Assembly (NCBI GenBank): GCA_001029795.1
Contig: CP011216.1
Coordinates: 134,903 to 198,902, forward strand
DNA: 64,000 bases
Direction: 5' to 3'
DNA from: a candidate division Kazan bacterium GW2011_GWA1_50_15
GTDB taxonomy: Bacteria > Patescibacteriota > Kazan-3B-28
Each line of letters opens with the position of its first letter. The stretch's first letter is position 1. Position numbers and translations under genes: made by a program. Under the pieces are notes generated by a model. The model made no database searches, was not told the origin of the DNA, and was given only the letters and a program-made list of their open reading frames with translations. Below, piece by piece: positions 49,304-58,523 of this stretch.

Positions 49304-50632
49304 ATGGGCACTACCCGGCAAATTTTTGTGGCTCCTAAGTCGAAAACAACCAGTCCGTTCGCTCAACTGCTTGACGCTGCCGAGAGTACTTTGCGTATCT
49401 ATAAAGCGGCTGACCTAGTAGTCGGCGAGGTGACAGCGATTACCAAGAACCGTATCTGGGTAGAGATCGACGGCGGCCGGTTTATCGGCATGATCAGCAA
49501 CCGGGAGCTTCAGGAAGAGGGCATCTCCGCGCCGGACTATCATGTGGGTGACCGGATAACCGCTTCGGTTCTACTACCAGAGAACGACGACGGATTTATG
49601 GTCTTGAGCTTGCGCGACGCACTTGAGAATAAAGGTTGGGAGGCGTTAGAGCGGCGGCGGACGGCTGATGAGATATTCGAAGTGAAGGTGGTAGAGGCCA
49701 ACCGCGGCGGATTGATCGTGGAGGCGGACGGCTTGCGCGGATTCCTGCCGGTATCTCAGCTAGCTCCCGAGCATTATCCCAGAGTCGGCAGCGACAAGGA
49801 TGAAATTTTGAATCGATTGGCCAAATTTGAAGGCAAGATGTTACAGGTCAAAGTGTTGGATCTGGATAAAAGCGTTAATAAATTGATATTCTCCGAGCGG
49901 GTGGCCCGCAAAGGCGAGTTTGATGAACTGGTCGCTGGGATTAATGTGGGCGACACATTAGAAGGAAAGGTTAGCGGAGTAGTAGACTTTGGTATCTTTG
50001 TTAATCTTGGTAAATTAGAGGGGCTGGTCCACATCTCAGAGATCAGCTGGGGGAAGGTTGATCATCCTAGCAACTTTACCAAGGTTGGCGACACCATCAA
50101 CGTGGTGGTAATCGGGATCGAAGAAGATAAGATCTCACTTTCGATGAAGCGGCTGCAGCCTGACCCGTGGTTGGATGTGATCTCGAAGTTTAGCATTGGC
50201 CAGGCAGTAGAGGCCGAAGTAACTCAGATCATGCCGTTCGGGGTATTTGTGAAAGTAGGTGTAGAGGGTGTTGATGGGCTAATTCATATCTCTGAGTTGG
50301 CCCATGAGCATGTGACCGACCCAGCCAGCGTGGTAGCAGTGGGAGACAAACTGAAGTTGAAGGTGATTGATCTGGGCCCGGATAGCCATAGATTGGGGTT
50401 GAGCTTGAAAGCGACTCAGTCACCCAAAGTGGCGGGACCGACCGAGGCCGTGCCGGCGCCAGTCGGTGATCTGGCCAGTCTGGGATTGACCCCGGCGTTA
50501 GTTAAGAAGTTGCAGACAGCCGGTATCGGTACGGTGTTCGAGCTGGAGGGCAAGAGCGAAGCGGAGTTAGAATCCTTGCCGGGTATCGGCAAGGCGACGG
50601 CAGCCAAAATTGTTGCGGCTATGAAGCACTAA
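49304..50632 (+). CDS. rpsA: 30S ribosomal protein S1 (four S1 domains plus C-terminal HhH)
   Basis: Four repeated S1/OB segments (GxV.G.V..I...G.FV.L) and a C-terminal helix-hairpin-helix (ESLPGIGKATAAKIV). Confidence 0.8.
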   Translation: MGTTRQIFVAPKSKTTSPFAQLLDAAESTLRIYKAADLVVGEVTAITKNRIWVEIDGGRFIGMISNRELQEEGISAPDYHVGDRITASVLLPENDDGFMVLSLRDALENKGWEALERRRTADEIFEVKVVEANRGGLIVEADGLRGFLPVSQLAPEHYPRVGSDKDEILNRLAKFEGKMLQVKVLDLDKSVNKLIFSERVARKGEFDELVAGINVGDTLEGKVSGVVDFGIFVNLGKLEGLVHISEISWGKVDHPSNFTKVGDTINVVVIGIEEDKISLSMKRLQPDPWLDVISKFSIGQAVEAEVTQIMPFGVFVKVGVEGVDGLIHISELAHEHVTDPASVVAVGDKLKLKVIDLGPDSHRLGLSLKATQSPKVAGPTEAVPAPVGDLASLGLTPALVKKLQTAGIGTVFELEGKSEAELESLPGIGKATAAKIVAAMKH

Positions 50633-50705
50633 ACTTTTCAGGCGCAATGGGGATTTGGGACTGCCAACGGCTAGTATTTTGAGTCAAAGCAGTCCTTTTT
50701 GTAAG

Positions 50706-50820
50706 TCCTCGGAGGGAGAAAACCAAAAAGGTTTTCCCCCTTCCGACGCCCCGGCTTGCCGGGACTGCCTCCTCCTTTCAAGGAGTTCGCAACCCGGAAT
50801 AAATCCAGATTGCTCACGGG
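50706..50820 (+). repeat. Intergenic repeat family 2, copy 2 (between rpsA and infB)
   Basis: Near-identical to 6733-6850. Confidence 0.7.
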
Positions 50821-50837
50821 ATAATAGATTAATTTTT

Positions 50838-52601
50838 ATGACAGACGAGAAAAAACAATTAGTTCTCCCCGGCGTTCTAACGGTCAAGGAGTTGGCCGAG
50901 TTGATCAATGTGCCAGTCACGACCGTGATTAAACAGTTGTTGGGCAATGGAGTGTTGGCGACCATTAACGACAATTTGGATTTCGAAACTGCCGCGGTGG
51001 TAGCGGATGACCTAGGATTCGAGGCAGCGTTAGAACCAACTGAGACTATGTCGGAGGACAGCGCCGAAAAACCAAAGGAGGTCGCGGGAGAACCGCGGGC
51101 TCCGATTGTTACCGTGATGGGACACGTGGACCATGGCAAAACCTCACTGCTGGACTATATTAGAAAAACCAAAGTGGTTGAGGGGGAATCGGGCGGGATT
51201 ACTCAGCATATCGGTGCTTACCAGGTGGACTACAATGGTCGGCGGATCACTTTTCTAGACACTCCCGGGCATGAAGCCTTTTCGACCATCCGGGCGCAAG
51301 GGACTAAGGTAACCGACGTGGCTATCTTAGTGGTGGCAGCCGATGAAGGGATCAAACCACAGACTATTGAAGCGATCGAGTTAGCTAGGGCAGCTGGCGT
51401 GCCGCTCATTGTGGCGATCACTAAGATCGATAAGCCCGAGGCTAACGTGATGCGGGTGGAGCAGGAGCTGGCAGCGCACAATATCGTTACCGAGAAGTGG
51501 GGCGGGAAAGATGTGGTAATTGGGGTGTCGGCTAAAACTGGCCAGGGGGTTGATGAACTATTGGAACTGGTGCTATTGACTGCCGACCTAGCTGAACTGC
51601 GAGCGCCAGCCGAGGGGTTGGCCGAAGGAGTTGTGATCGAAAGCAAACACGATCCCAAAGTAGGAGCCTTGGCTACACTGTTGATCCAGCGCGGGAAACT
51701 GCAGGTAGGAGACCCGTTCGTGGTTGGGAACCATTTTGGCAAGGTCAAGGCGATGGAGGACTATCTGGGTAAGCGTGTTAAACAAGCCGGTCCAGCTCAG
51801 CCGGTGTTGGTCACTGGGTTTACGGCTCCGCCTAGCGTGGGGGAGGTCCTGGCGGCGGTAGCCAGCGATAAGACCGCTCGGGAGATCATCGCACAGAGAA
51901 ATAAACGGGCCACATCTCGGCAGATGTCGGTGCGCACCTCTGACCTGGCTAGATTGGCCAGCCAGATCAGATCTTCACAACTGCATCACATTAATATCGT
52001 GTTAAAGGCGGATGTACAGGGTTCGCTGGAAGCGATCAAACAACAACTAGAGAAGATCAAAACTGACAAAGGTCAGATCCGAATTGTGGCTGAGGGTTTG
52101 GGCAACATCGGCGAATCGGACGTCCAATCGGCCGCGGGCGAGAATGGGTTTGTGGTTGGTTTTAAAGTGGCGGTTAGCCCATCGGCGCGGCGCACGGCCA
52201 AAAAAGACGATATCAAAGTACTAACTTACGATATTATCTATGAGCTCACTGACGATTTGACTCGGATACTGCTGGACTCTATTGGTCCGGAAAAGATCGA
52301 GACCAGCATGGGGCGGGCGACGATCTTGAAGATCTTCCGCGATGCTAGACATGAAAAGATCTTGGGGATGAAGGTGATCTCAGGTAAAGCTCAGTTGGGT
52401 AATACGGTGCGATTTTTTAACGAGAACAAAGAACCGATCGGCGAAGGTGAGATTAAGTTAATCAAGCGGGTAGCAGAGGAGGTGAGTGAGGCAACGGCCG
52501 GCGACGATTTCGGATTCCAGATCGTTACTCACGCTAAAGTCAAAGAAGGCGATGCGGCCGAGTTCGTCCGAGTGGATTATCGTAAGGTCAGCTTGAAGTG
52601 A
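50838..52601 (+). CDS. infB: Translation initiation factor IF-2 (short N-terminus)
   Basis: G-domain (GHVDHGKTSLLD, DTPGHEAF, TKIDK) and IF2 C-domains; start placed at MTDEKKQLV after the repeat element. Confidence 0.85.
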   Translation: MTDEKKQLVLPGVLTVKELAELINVPVTTVIKQLLGNGVLATINDNLDFETAAVVADDLGFEAALEPTETMSEDSAEKPKEVAGEPRAPIVTVMGHVDHGKTSLLDYIRKTKVVEGESGGITQHIGAYQVDYNGRRITFLDTPGHEAFSTIRAQGTKVTDVAILVVAADEGIKPQTIEAIELARAAGVPLIVAITKIDKPEANVMRVEQELAAHNIVTEKWGGKDVVIGVSAKTGQGVDELLELVLLTADLAELRAPAEGLAEGVVIESKHDPKVGALATLLIQRGKLQVGDPFVVGNHFGKVKAMEDYLGKRVKQAGPAQPVLVTGFTAPPSVGEVLAAVASDKTAREIIAQRNKRATSRQMSVRTSDLARLASQIRSSQLHHINIVLKADVQGSLEAIKQQLEKIKTDKGQIRIVAEGLGNIGESDVQSAAGENGFVVGFKVAVSPSARRTAKKDDIKVLTYDIIYELTDDLTRILLDSIGPEKIETSMGRATILKIFRDARHEKILGMKVISGKAQLGNTVRFFNENKEPIGEGEIKLIKRVAEEVSEATAGDDFGFQIVTHAKVKEGDAAEFVRVDYRKVSLK

Positions 52602-53011
52602 GCCATCTGCGCAAAACTAAATTAGAATCTTTGATCCAAGCGATCATCGCCAAGTTTTTGAATGAAGCCCGGCTGCGATGGGGGGTAAGCGATTTGATTA
52701 CGGTGGACCAGGTATTTTTAGCCGCCGATCTGAAGTCGGGCCAAATTTGGGTTAGTTTTATCCCGCATACCAAAGGGTTGGCAGAGAAGAATTTTGCTGT
52801 GCTGGAGCGGCATATGGCTGATATCCAGCGAGAGGTTTTTCACCAGCTGAGTATTAAACGTGTACCAAAATTGACCATTAAACTAGCCGACCCGGAGCAG
52901 TCTTTCCGTTTGCAGGAAATCTTTGATACTCTTGAGGGTCATGGAAACGACAGCGGAACAAATTCTCACGACCCTGAAAGCGGGAAGCAGGATCCTGCTG
53001 GTAACGCATAA
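52598..53011 (+). CDS. rbfA: Ribosome-binding factor A
   Basis: KH-like RbfA core; canonical infB-rbfA order with a 4-nt overlap. Confidence 0.65.
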   Translation: MSHLRKTKLESLIQAIIAKFLNEARLRWGVSDLITVDQVFLAADLKSGQIWVSFIPHTKGLAEKNFAVLERHMADIQREVFHQLSIKRVPKLTIKLADPEQSFRLQEIFDTLEGHGNDSGTNSHDPESGKQDPAGNA

Positions 53012-53900
53012 AGACCCCGATGGCGATGCGTTGGGGAGTATGTTGGGGCTGTACGGCGTACTGAGCCGGGAGTTTCATATGGAGGTGGGGCTGGCGGCGG
53101 ATGGGGACGTACCGCAGGCCTACGCATATCTGCCGTACTTTTTTAGAATTAGCGACGGATTTGATCCGCTGAAGTTCGATACGGTGGTGATACTGGACTG
53201 CGGCAGTTGGGCGCGAACTGGATTTTTTGATGATGTGGAGTTGAACATCGCTTGGCCGGAACGGTTGATAGTTATTGACCATCATGCGGTACAAAGACTA
53301 ACTCCGGGTCTGCATTTGGTAGACAGCACCGCTTCATCTACTTCGGAAATTATCTGGCGTCTGATACAAGCGTGGCGAGTGCCGGTAACCAAGGAAGTAG
53401 CGACTTGTTTGCTGACCGGCATTTCGTTCGATACTGGCTCTTTTCAGCACGACAATACTCGTATTGCTACTTTGCAGGCCGCGGCCGGGATGATGGAGGC
53501 GGGGGCGAGCTTGAATAAAATCGTTAGCGGGATATATCTCGGCAAAAGCGTGGCGAGGTTGAAACTATGGGGTAAGGTGTTGGGACGCTTAAAGTACGAT
53601 CATGGCCGCAAGTTGAGCGTGTCGATGGTGACACAAGCCGATTTGAAAGAATGCGGGGCGGGGCCAGATGATATTGAAGGCCTGGTGAATCTAATGAACA
53701 CGGTCCCGGGGACCAAGTTCACTTTGCTATTGTCGGAAGAAAAGGAGGGTCGGCTGAAGGGAAGTTTTCGGACCGAGGACGACGCGGTGGACGTGGCGAA
53801 GCTAGCGAAGCTCTTGGGAGGCGGGGGACACAAAAAGGCCGCCGGATTTGCGGTGCCGGCGGAGTTGGTGATGGACGGGCAGGTCTGGAAAGTGCTCTAG
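52923..53900 (+). CDS. nrnA: DHH/DHHA1 phosphoesterase (NrnA-like nanoRNase/pAp phosphatase)
   Basis: DHH motifs (HKDPDGDALGS, DHH) and DHHA1 GGGH (LLGGGGHKKAAGF). Confidence 0.7.
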   Translation: MILLRVMETTAEQILTTLKAGSRILLVTHKDPDGDALGSMLGLYGVLSREFHMEVGLAADGDVPQAYAYLPYFFRISDGFDPLKFDTVVILDCGSWARTGFFDDVELNIAWPERLIVIDHHAVQRLTPGLHLVDSTASSTSEIIWRLIQAWRVPVTKEVATCLLTGISFDTGSFQHDNTRIATLQAAAGMMEAGASLNKIVSGIYLGKSVARLKLWGKVLGRLKYDHGRKLSVSMVTQADLKECGAGPDDIEGLVNLMNTVPGTKFTLLLSEEKEGRLKGSFRTEDDAVDVAKLAKLLGGGGHKKAAGFAVPAELVMDGQVWKVL

Positions 53901-54574
53901 GATTGTTTTTCGAGGGCTTGGGCGGCGGCATTCATCTCGGCCTCGCGTTTGCTGGTGCCGGTGCCGGTGGCGACTTTTTTGTTGCCGACATACAATCCCA
54001 CAGTAAAGATCCGATCGTGATCTGGGCCGGTGGTTTGCTCTAATTTGTAGTGCGGGGTGGTGCCGTCTTGCTCTTGGACAATTTCCTGGAATCGGCTTTT
54101 GGCGTCGATGTGTTCCTCGGCTTTGACGATGGCCTCCAGGCGAGGCAGGAGAAATTGTTTAAGGAATTTATCCACGGCCGGCAGGCCTTGGTCCAAAAAT
54201 AGCGCGCCGATGAAGGCCTCGGCGGCATTGCTTAATATCATCGATTTGGCCTTGTCCGCGTTACCGGCTTCACCCTTGCTCAAACGCAGATAGTTCTCGA
54301 AGTGGAGTTCTTTGCCGATCTCACTTAAAGTGTTGCGACGCACCAGAGCGGCGCGCAGGTTGGTCAGTTCACCCTCGGGCTTATCCGGGAACTTAGCGTA
54401 TAAGAATTGGGTAACGATCAGTTCCACTACCGCGTCGCCCAAAAACTCCAGCCGTTCATTGTGGCCGGTGACTTCAGGATGTTCATTCAAATACGACCGA
54501 TGGGTGAAAGCTTGCTCGTAGAGAGCGGTGTTGGTAAGCGATAATCCGATCGTGTTAGCGAGTTCATCGAACAT
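53897..54574 (-). CDS. rnc: Ribonuclease III
   Basis: ERLEFLGDAVVEL signature and a C-terminal dsRBD. Confidence 0.85.
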   Translation of the reverse strand: MFDELANTIGLSLTNTALYEQAFTHRSYLNEHPEVTGHNERLEFLGDAVVELIVTQFLYAKFPDKPEGELTNLRAALVRRNTLSEIGKELHFENYLRLSKGEAGNADKAKSMILSNAAEAFIGALFLDQGLPAVDKFLKQFLLPRLEAIVKAEEHIDAKSRFQEIVQEQDGTTPHYKLEQTTGPDHDRIFTVGLYVGNKKVATGTGTSKREAEMNAAAQALEKQS

Positions 54575-54576
54575 TA

Positions 54577-55026
54577 CTATTTGGGCTTTTCATCTTCGGG
54601 CTTGTATTTGGCGGAGGTGCGGAAGACAGTGCCCAGCACTCCGTTGACGAATTTGCTGGAGTTCTCACCGCCAAAGGCTTTGGCTAATTCAACCGCCTCA
54701 TTGATGGCGGCTTTGGGCGGAACCTCGTCATCGAATAGTAGTTCAAAAATAGCTAATCGCAAGATGCTTAAGTCGACCTGAGCGATCTGAGGGATGGGCC
54801 ATTCTGGAGCCGAGGCAGTGATGATGGCGTCGATCTCCTCCATATGCCGCTTCAGGCCGGCAACGGCCTTATGGATGAACTTCAGATTATTCTCCTCGAA
54901 CTCATGCCTCCCTAGATGCCGCTCGATGATCTTGGCTAAATCCTCATCGTCGCGCTGTTGCCACTCGTACAGCGCCTGCATAAGGAGGATACGGGCAAAA
55001 TGTCGGTTGGAAGCCATATCGTCCAA
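54577..55026 (-). CDS. nusB: Transcription antitermination factor NusB
   Basis: All-helical NusB pattern (ARILLMQALYEW...AINEAVELAK). Confidence 0.8.
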   Translation of the reverse strand: MDDMASNRHFARILLMQALYEWQQRDDEDLAKIIERHLGRHEFEENNLKFIHKAVAGLKRHMEEIDAIITASAPEWPIPQIAQVDLSILRLAIFELLFDDEVPPKAAINEAVELAKAFGGENSSKFVNGVLGTVFRTSAKYKPEDEKPK

Positions 55027-55093
55027 ATCCTTTCACTTTAACGGAAAGTCGCGGTCGCTCCTTTCCTTTTGAGGCTCAAGGATTTCTCCTCTC

Positions 55094-55128
55094 CCTAAAA
55101 TATTCTAGCGAAGCGAATATTTTAGGGT
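55094..55128. terminator. Bidirectional hairpin (13-bp perfect stem) between rpmF and nusB
   Basis: ccctaaaatattc-tagcgaagc-gaatattttaggg. Confidence 0.5.
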
Positions 55129-55168
55129 ACCCCTTTTATAATCTAACCAATCTAACCGATTTCAATGA

Positions 55169-55492
55169 CTATTCCTGGTCGGTGTGGAATTCTTCGCCAG
55201 TATTTTTCGGAGTGTTGATCGTTTTATGGGTGGTTTTGGGTTGGGTAGCTTTCTTTGGGACCGATGGTTTGTCTGGTTTGGTCTTCTCAAGAGTTTTATG
55301 TACCTTGCTTTCTAGTTTAGTAGAGAGCACCTTGGCCCGACCATAGTAACCGCACTCGGGACACGCTCGATGCGGGAGTTTTAGGACTTTACATTTGGCG
55401 CACAGTACTAACCGCGGCAGGGTCGCGCGCCAGTGGGCCCGGCGGGTTTTCCCCCTGACTTTGCTAATTTTCTTCTTGGGTTGGGCAGACAT
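55169..55492 (-). CDS. rpmF: 50S ribosomal protein L32 with ~50-aa basic C-terminal extension
   Basis: The N-terminal 55 aa match L32, including the CxxC...CxxC zinc knuckle (CAKC...CPECGYY). The tail is Lys/Thr/Pro-rich. Confidence 0.75.
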   Translation of the reverse strand: MSAQPKKKISKVRGKTRRAHWRATLPRLVLCAKCKVLKLPHRACPECGYYGRAKVLSTKLESKVHKTLEKTKPDKPSVPKKATQPKTTHKTINTPKNTGEEFHTDQE

Positions 55493-55545
55493 TTAAAGGG
55501 GAATTTAAACTTTAGAATTAAAAATTAAGAATTCGGGGACAAGAT

Positions 55546-55965
55546 TTATGCTTCGGTGAGATTAAGATTTTCGCCGGTAGTAGGGTCGAGGCCTTTGCAG
55601 TCTGGTTTACATACGACTTGCAACGGCAGGCTGATGGAGACTTCCTGCGCGATGGCTAGATCGGTGTCTAGTTCACCATCGCCAACTGCCAGAACCTCGG
55701 GGTCATCAGAGGGGACGAGTGAATATTCGCGATCAAAGCTCAAGGGCAGCTGTTCGCGGAACGACTCCAAGCATTTGTCGCAGTTCAGATTTAGGCTGGC
55801 GGTGATATCGAATTTGGCCAAAATCGACTGATCAAGTCGAGTCAGCAGCACCTTCCCCTGGATCTGAGCTGAGTTCCGGTCTGGGATGGCGACCTCCTCA
55901 TCGAGCCCATGCTCTGAGGTAGCACTAACCTCCTTACTGATCAGCTTGCTTACATCAACTTTCAT
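55546..55965 (-). CDS. yceD: YceD/DUF177 family protein (L32 operon partner)
   Basis: CDKC...C...CKPDC pattern; conserved yceD-rpmF arrangement. Confidence 0.65.
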   Translation of the reverse strand: MKVDVSKLISKEVSATSEHGLDEEVAIPDRNSAQIQGKVLLTRLDQSILAKFDITASLNLNCDKCLESFREQLPLSFDREYSLVPSDDPEVLAVGDGELDTDLAIAQEVSISLPLQVVCKPDCKGLDPTTGENLNLTEA

Positions 55966-56017
55966 CGTGTACAGGAGGTATTATAGGAGAGAAAAGTGTG
56001 GCTGACAACCCTCATTC

Positions 56018-56046
56018 TTGACATCCAGCTCCTTGCCAGCTAAAAT
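56018..56046 (+). promoter_or_regulatory. Sigma-70 promoter upstream of rpsP (TTGACA-17-TAAAAT)
   Basis: ttgaca(56018-23)-17 nt-taaaat(56041-46). Confidence 0.55.
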
Positions 56047-56076
56047 CCTTATGTATATCAGGTAAGCCGAAATGCT

Positions 56077-56646
56077 TTGTTAGTACTCCGTTTAGCTCGT
56101 ACCGGACGCCGGAATCAGCCGAAATACCGTCTGGTCGTAGCCGAAAACAGTAAGCCTTTGGATGGGAAAGTGGTTGAGGTGGTGGGGCACTACAATCCGA
56201 CTGACCCCAATAAACCTCTGGTTATCGAAAAAGAGGTGATTTCCGCGTGGCTCGGGAAGGGCGCGATGCCATCTAACACCGTGGCTAAACTTTTGAATAA
56301 AGAGGGTTTTAACCTGCCGGTACACCAGCATCCGGTCCGGCCGGCCAAGAAAGCGCCGAAGGGGGAAGCGGCTCCGGCAGCTCCTGCTGCGGACCTGCCC
56401 TCCGAAGCTATAACGGAGGAGGCGCCCAAGGAAGAATTGGCTGCGGTGACAGAAGAAGCCGCACCAGAGGCAGTTTCCGAAGCCGTGTCCGAAACACCAG
56501 TTGAAGAAGTACCAGTCGAATCGGTAGTGGAAACAGCCTCCGAAGCTCCGGCTACCAAAGCAGAGGCTCCAGCCAAACCGGTGGCCGAAGAGGTCCCAGC
56601 GCAAGAAAGCGAGACCAAGCCAGAGGGCGAGGCGGGCGCAGAATAA
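56077..56646 (+). CDS. rpsP: 30S ribosomal protein S16 with long Ala/Glu/Pro-rich C-terminal extension
   Basis: LVLRLARTGRRNQPKYRLVVAE matches the S16 N-terminus (TTG start); residues ~90-189 are low-complexity AEP-rich. Confidence 0.8.
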   Translation: MLVLRLARTGRRNQPKYRLVVAENSKPLDGKVVEVVGHYNPTDPNKPLVIEKEVISAWLGKGAMPSNTVAKLLNKEGFNLPVHQHPVRPAKKAPKGEAAPAAPAADLPSEAITEEAPKEELAAVTEEAAPEAVSEAVSETPVEEVPVESVVETASEAPATKAEAPAKPVAEEVPAQESETKPEGEAGAE

Positions 56647-56673
56647 TCTTGATTTTAATTATATCGTTAATTC

Positions 56674-57054
56674 GTGAGCGAGGGAGATATGGCAGAGAAA
56701 GATCAGGAATTCGTTGAATACGCGGTGCGGGCGATCGTTGAAAATCCCGACAAGGTCAAGGTCGAGCGGACCATCGACGAGCGGGGCGTACTATTGTCGC
56801 TGGAGGTTGACCCAGCCGATATGGGCAAGATCATTGGCAAAGACGGGCGGACCGCCAAAGCCATCCGCACTCTTCTCAGGGTGCTGGGCGCTCAGAATGA
56901 CGCGCGGGTGAATCTGAAAATTATTGAGCCGGAAGGCGGTCTGGGCCGGGCTTCCGAGCGGGCGGAACGGACTGAACCGGTCGCCGAGCCGGTGGCCGCA
57001 GTCGATATGCCTGAGACAACTTCAAAAGAAGACCTCGGCGCGTTGGAAGAGTAA
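56674..57054 (+). CDS. KH-domain RNA-binding protein (YlqC-like)
   Basis: GKIIGKDGRTAKAIRTLL KH motif; the conserved rpsP-KH arrangement. Confidence 0.7.
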   Translation: MSEGDMAEKDQEFVEYAVRAIVENPDKVKVERTIDERGVLLSLEVDPADMGKIIGKDGRTAKAIRTLLRVLGAQNDARVNLKIIEPEGGLGRASERAERTEPVAEPVAAVDMPETTSKEDLGALEE

Positions 57055-57135
57055 TCGTTGATTAAATTGACAGCCAACAAGAGCCCCTTGTGGGCTCCTG
57101 TTTTGTTTTTAGAACAGGACACTAGTTCTTACTGT

Positions 57136-57167
57136 GCACTACTTTGAACGGCCGTTCAGGGTAGTGC
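57136..57167. promoter_or_regulatory. 32-bp palindrome overlapping the promoter of the wHTH/Cas2-like gene
   Basis: gcactac-tt-tgaacggccgttca-gg-gtagtgc; the -35-like ttgaac lies inside it, tacaat -10 at 57168-73, ATG at 57180. Confidence 0.55.
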
Positions 57168-57179
57168 TACAATATTATC

Positions 57180-57650
57180 ATGAAAACAAGTAGAACGGCG
57201 TGGCGACTGATGAAATATTTTATGCGACTCTCGGATGAGATAGGGGAACTTGTCTTGGATGAGTTGCGACAACGCAAACTGCGCAAGAGCCCGCGGGCGG
57301 GGGAAGGTAGATCCTTTCGTTATCTGAAGCAGGCGGGTTATCTTGTTCCATTAGGAGAAAATCGTTTTCAGATTACTGATCTTGCGCGGATTAATTTTTT
57401 AGCCGAACTGGTCAAGGGACGCAAACCAGACGGTCAGTGGAGAATAGTGATTTTTGATATTCCTGAAAAATTGAAACGCAGTCGCAATGTCTTTCGCCGT
57501 CATCTTAGAGAATTGGGCTTCCGAATGAAACAACAGAGCGTATGGGTGTCGCCGTTACCCTGTGATGATTTGGTGGAGTTGGTAATAAAATATCATGGTC
57601 TGGGTCGGTACGCCGAGTTGTTGGTAGGGACAACAGTAGCACTACACTGA
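57180..57650 (+). CDS. Putative regulator: N-terminal winged-helix plus C-terminal Cas2/PaaX-C-like domain
   Basis: 156 aa; the N-terminal half looks like a wHTH, and the C-terminal WRIVIFDIPEKLKRSRNVFRRHLRELGFRMKQQSVWV resembles the Cas2-like ferredoxin fold seen in PaaX-type regulators. It occupies the rimM position between the KH gene and trmD. Confidence 0.35.
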   Translation: MKTSRTAWRLMKYFMRLSDEIGELVLDELRQRKLRKSPRAGEGRSFRYLKQAGYLVPLGENRFQITDLARINFLAELVKGRKPDGQWRIVIFDIPEKLKRSRNVFRRHLRELGFRMKQQSVWVSPLPCDDLVELVIKYHGLGRYAELLVGTTVALH

Positions 57651-57670
57651 ACGGCCGTTCAGTGTAGTGC
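57639..57670. promoter_or_regulatory. Second, perfect copy of the 32-bp palindrome (overlaps the stop codon of the wHTH gene, upstream of trmD)
   Basis: gcactacactgaacggccgttcagtgtagtgc is a perfect palindrome, followed by a gcacaatg direct repeat. Confidence 0.55.
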
Positions 57671-57747
57671 ACAATGTAATGCACAATGAGATTGACGAGG
57701 TGGGGTGCATAAAGGTATGGTGCTGATGTGAAATTTATGGTGCTGAT

Positions 57748-58467
57748 ATGAAGTTTACGGTGATAACGATTTTTCCGGGGTTGGTGGAGGATTATTTCAA
57801 GGAAGGGATTTTGTCCCGGGCTTTGCGGAACAAGCAGGTTGGATTAAAAGCGATTAATCCGCGCAAGTTTACGAAGGATAAGCATCAGACCGTGGATGAT
57901 GTGCCGTATGGCGGGGGGGCGGGGCTGGTCATGAAGTTGGAGCCGCTGGTGGCGGCAATTAAACAAGCGGCGAAGTCTCGTTTTCGTCATTCCGAACTTG
58001 TTTCGGAATCTAGTTATGAAACGGGGAAGATCCTGAAACGAGTTCAGGATGACGGGAAAAAAGTAAGAATTATTTTATTAGATCCGAGGGGGAGGCGGTT
58101 TACGCAGAAAGAAGCGAAGCGGCTGACGAAATATGATGAATTGATTTTTGTGTGTGGAAGATACGAAGGGATAGATGAAAGAATTAAACATTATATTGAC
58201 GAGAAATTGTCAATCGGGGATTTTGTGTTGATGGGTGGAGAATTGGGGGCGCTGACGGTAATGGAAGCGGTGGCGCGATTAATTCCAAATGTGTTGCATC
58301 ATCCGGAATCGACAAAATTTGAAAGTTTTTCCGAAGGAAATAATTTGGAACATCCGCAGTACACTCGGCCGGAGGTATTCGAGGGGCATAAAGTGCCGAA
58401 GGTACTTTTGTCTGGGCATCATGGGAAAATTGGGACGTGGAGAGAGAAACAGACCAAGAAAGCTTGA
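57748..58467 (+). CDS. trmD: tRNA (m1G37) methyltransferase TrmD
   Basis: SPOUT trefoil-knot motifs (VITIFPGL, GGGAGLVMK, CGRYEGIDERI, GGELGALTVMEAV). Confidence 0.85.
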   Translation: MKFTVITIFPGLVEDYFKEGILSRALRNKQVGLKAINPRKFTKDKHQTVDDVPYGGGAGLVMKLEPLVAAIKQAAKSRFRHSELVSESSYETGKILKRVQDDGKKVRIILLDPRGRRFTQKEAKRLTKYDELIFVCGRYEGIDERIKHYIDEKLSIGDFVLMGGELGALTVMEAVARLIPNVLHHPESTKFESFSEGNNLEHPQYTRPEVFEGHKVPKVLLSGHHGKIGTWREKQTKKA

Positions 58468-58523
58468 TTTTTTGCCTTAGGTTTTTTTGTCATTCCGGAT
58501 TTAGCTCGGAATCCTTTTTGTTT

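Noticed and set aside
50655-50837. N-terminal 60-aa extension of infB in the ORF track (MGLPTASILSQSSPFCKSSEGENQKGFPPSDAPACRDC...)
   Set aside because: This is a translation of the family-2 intergenic repeat, and the identical peptide appears from the copy at 6755-6946. The real infB start is MTDEKKQLV at 50838.
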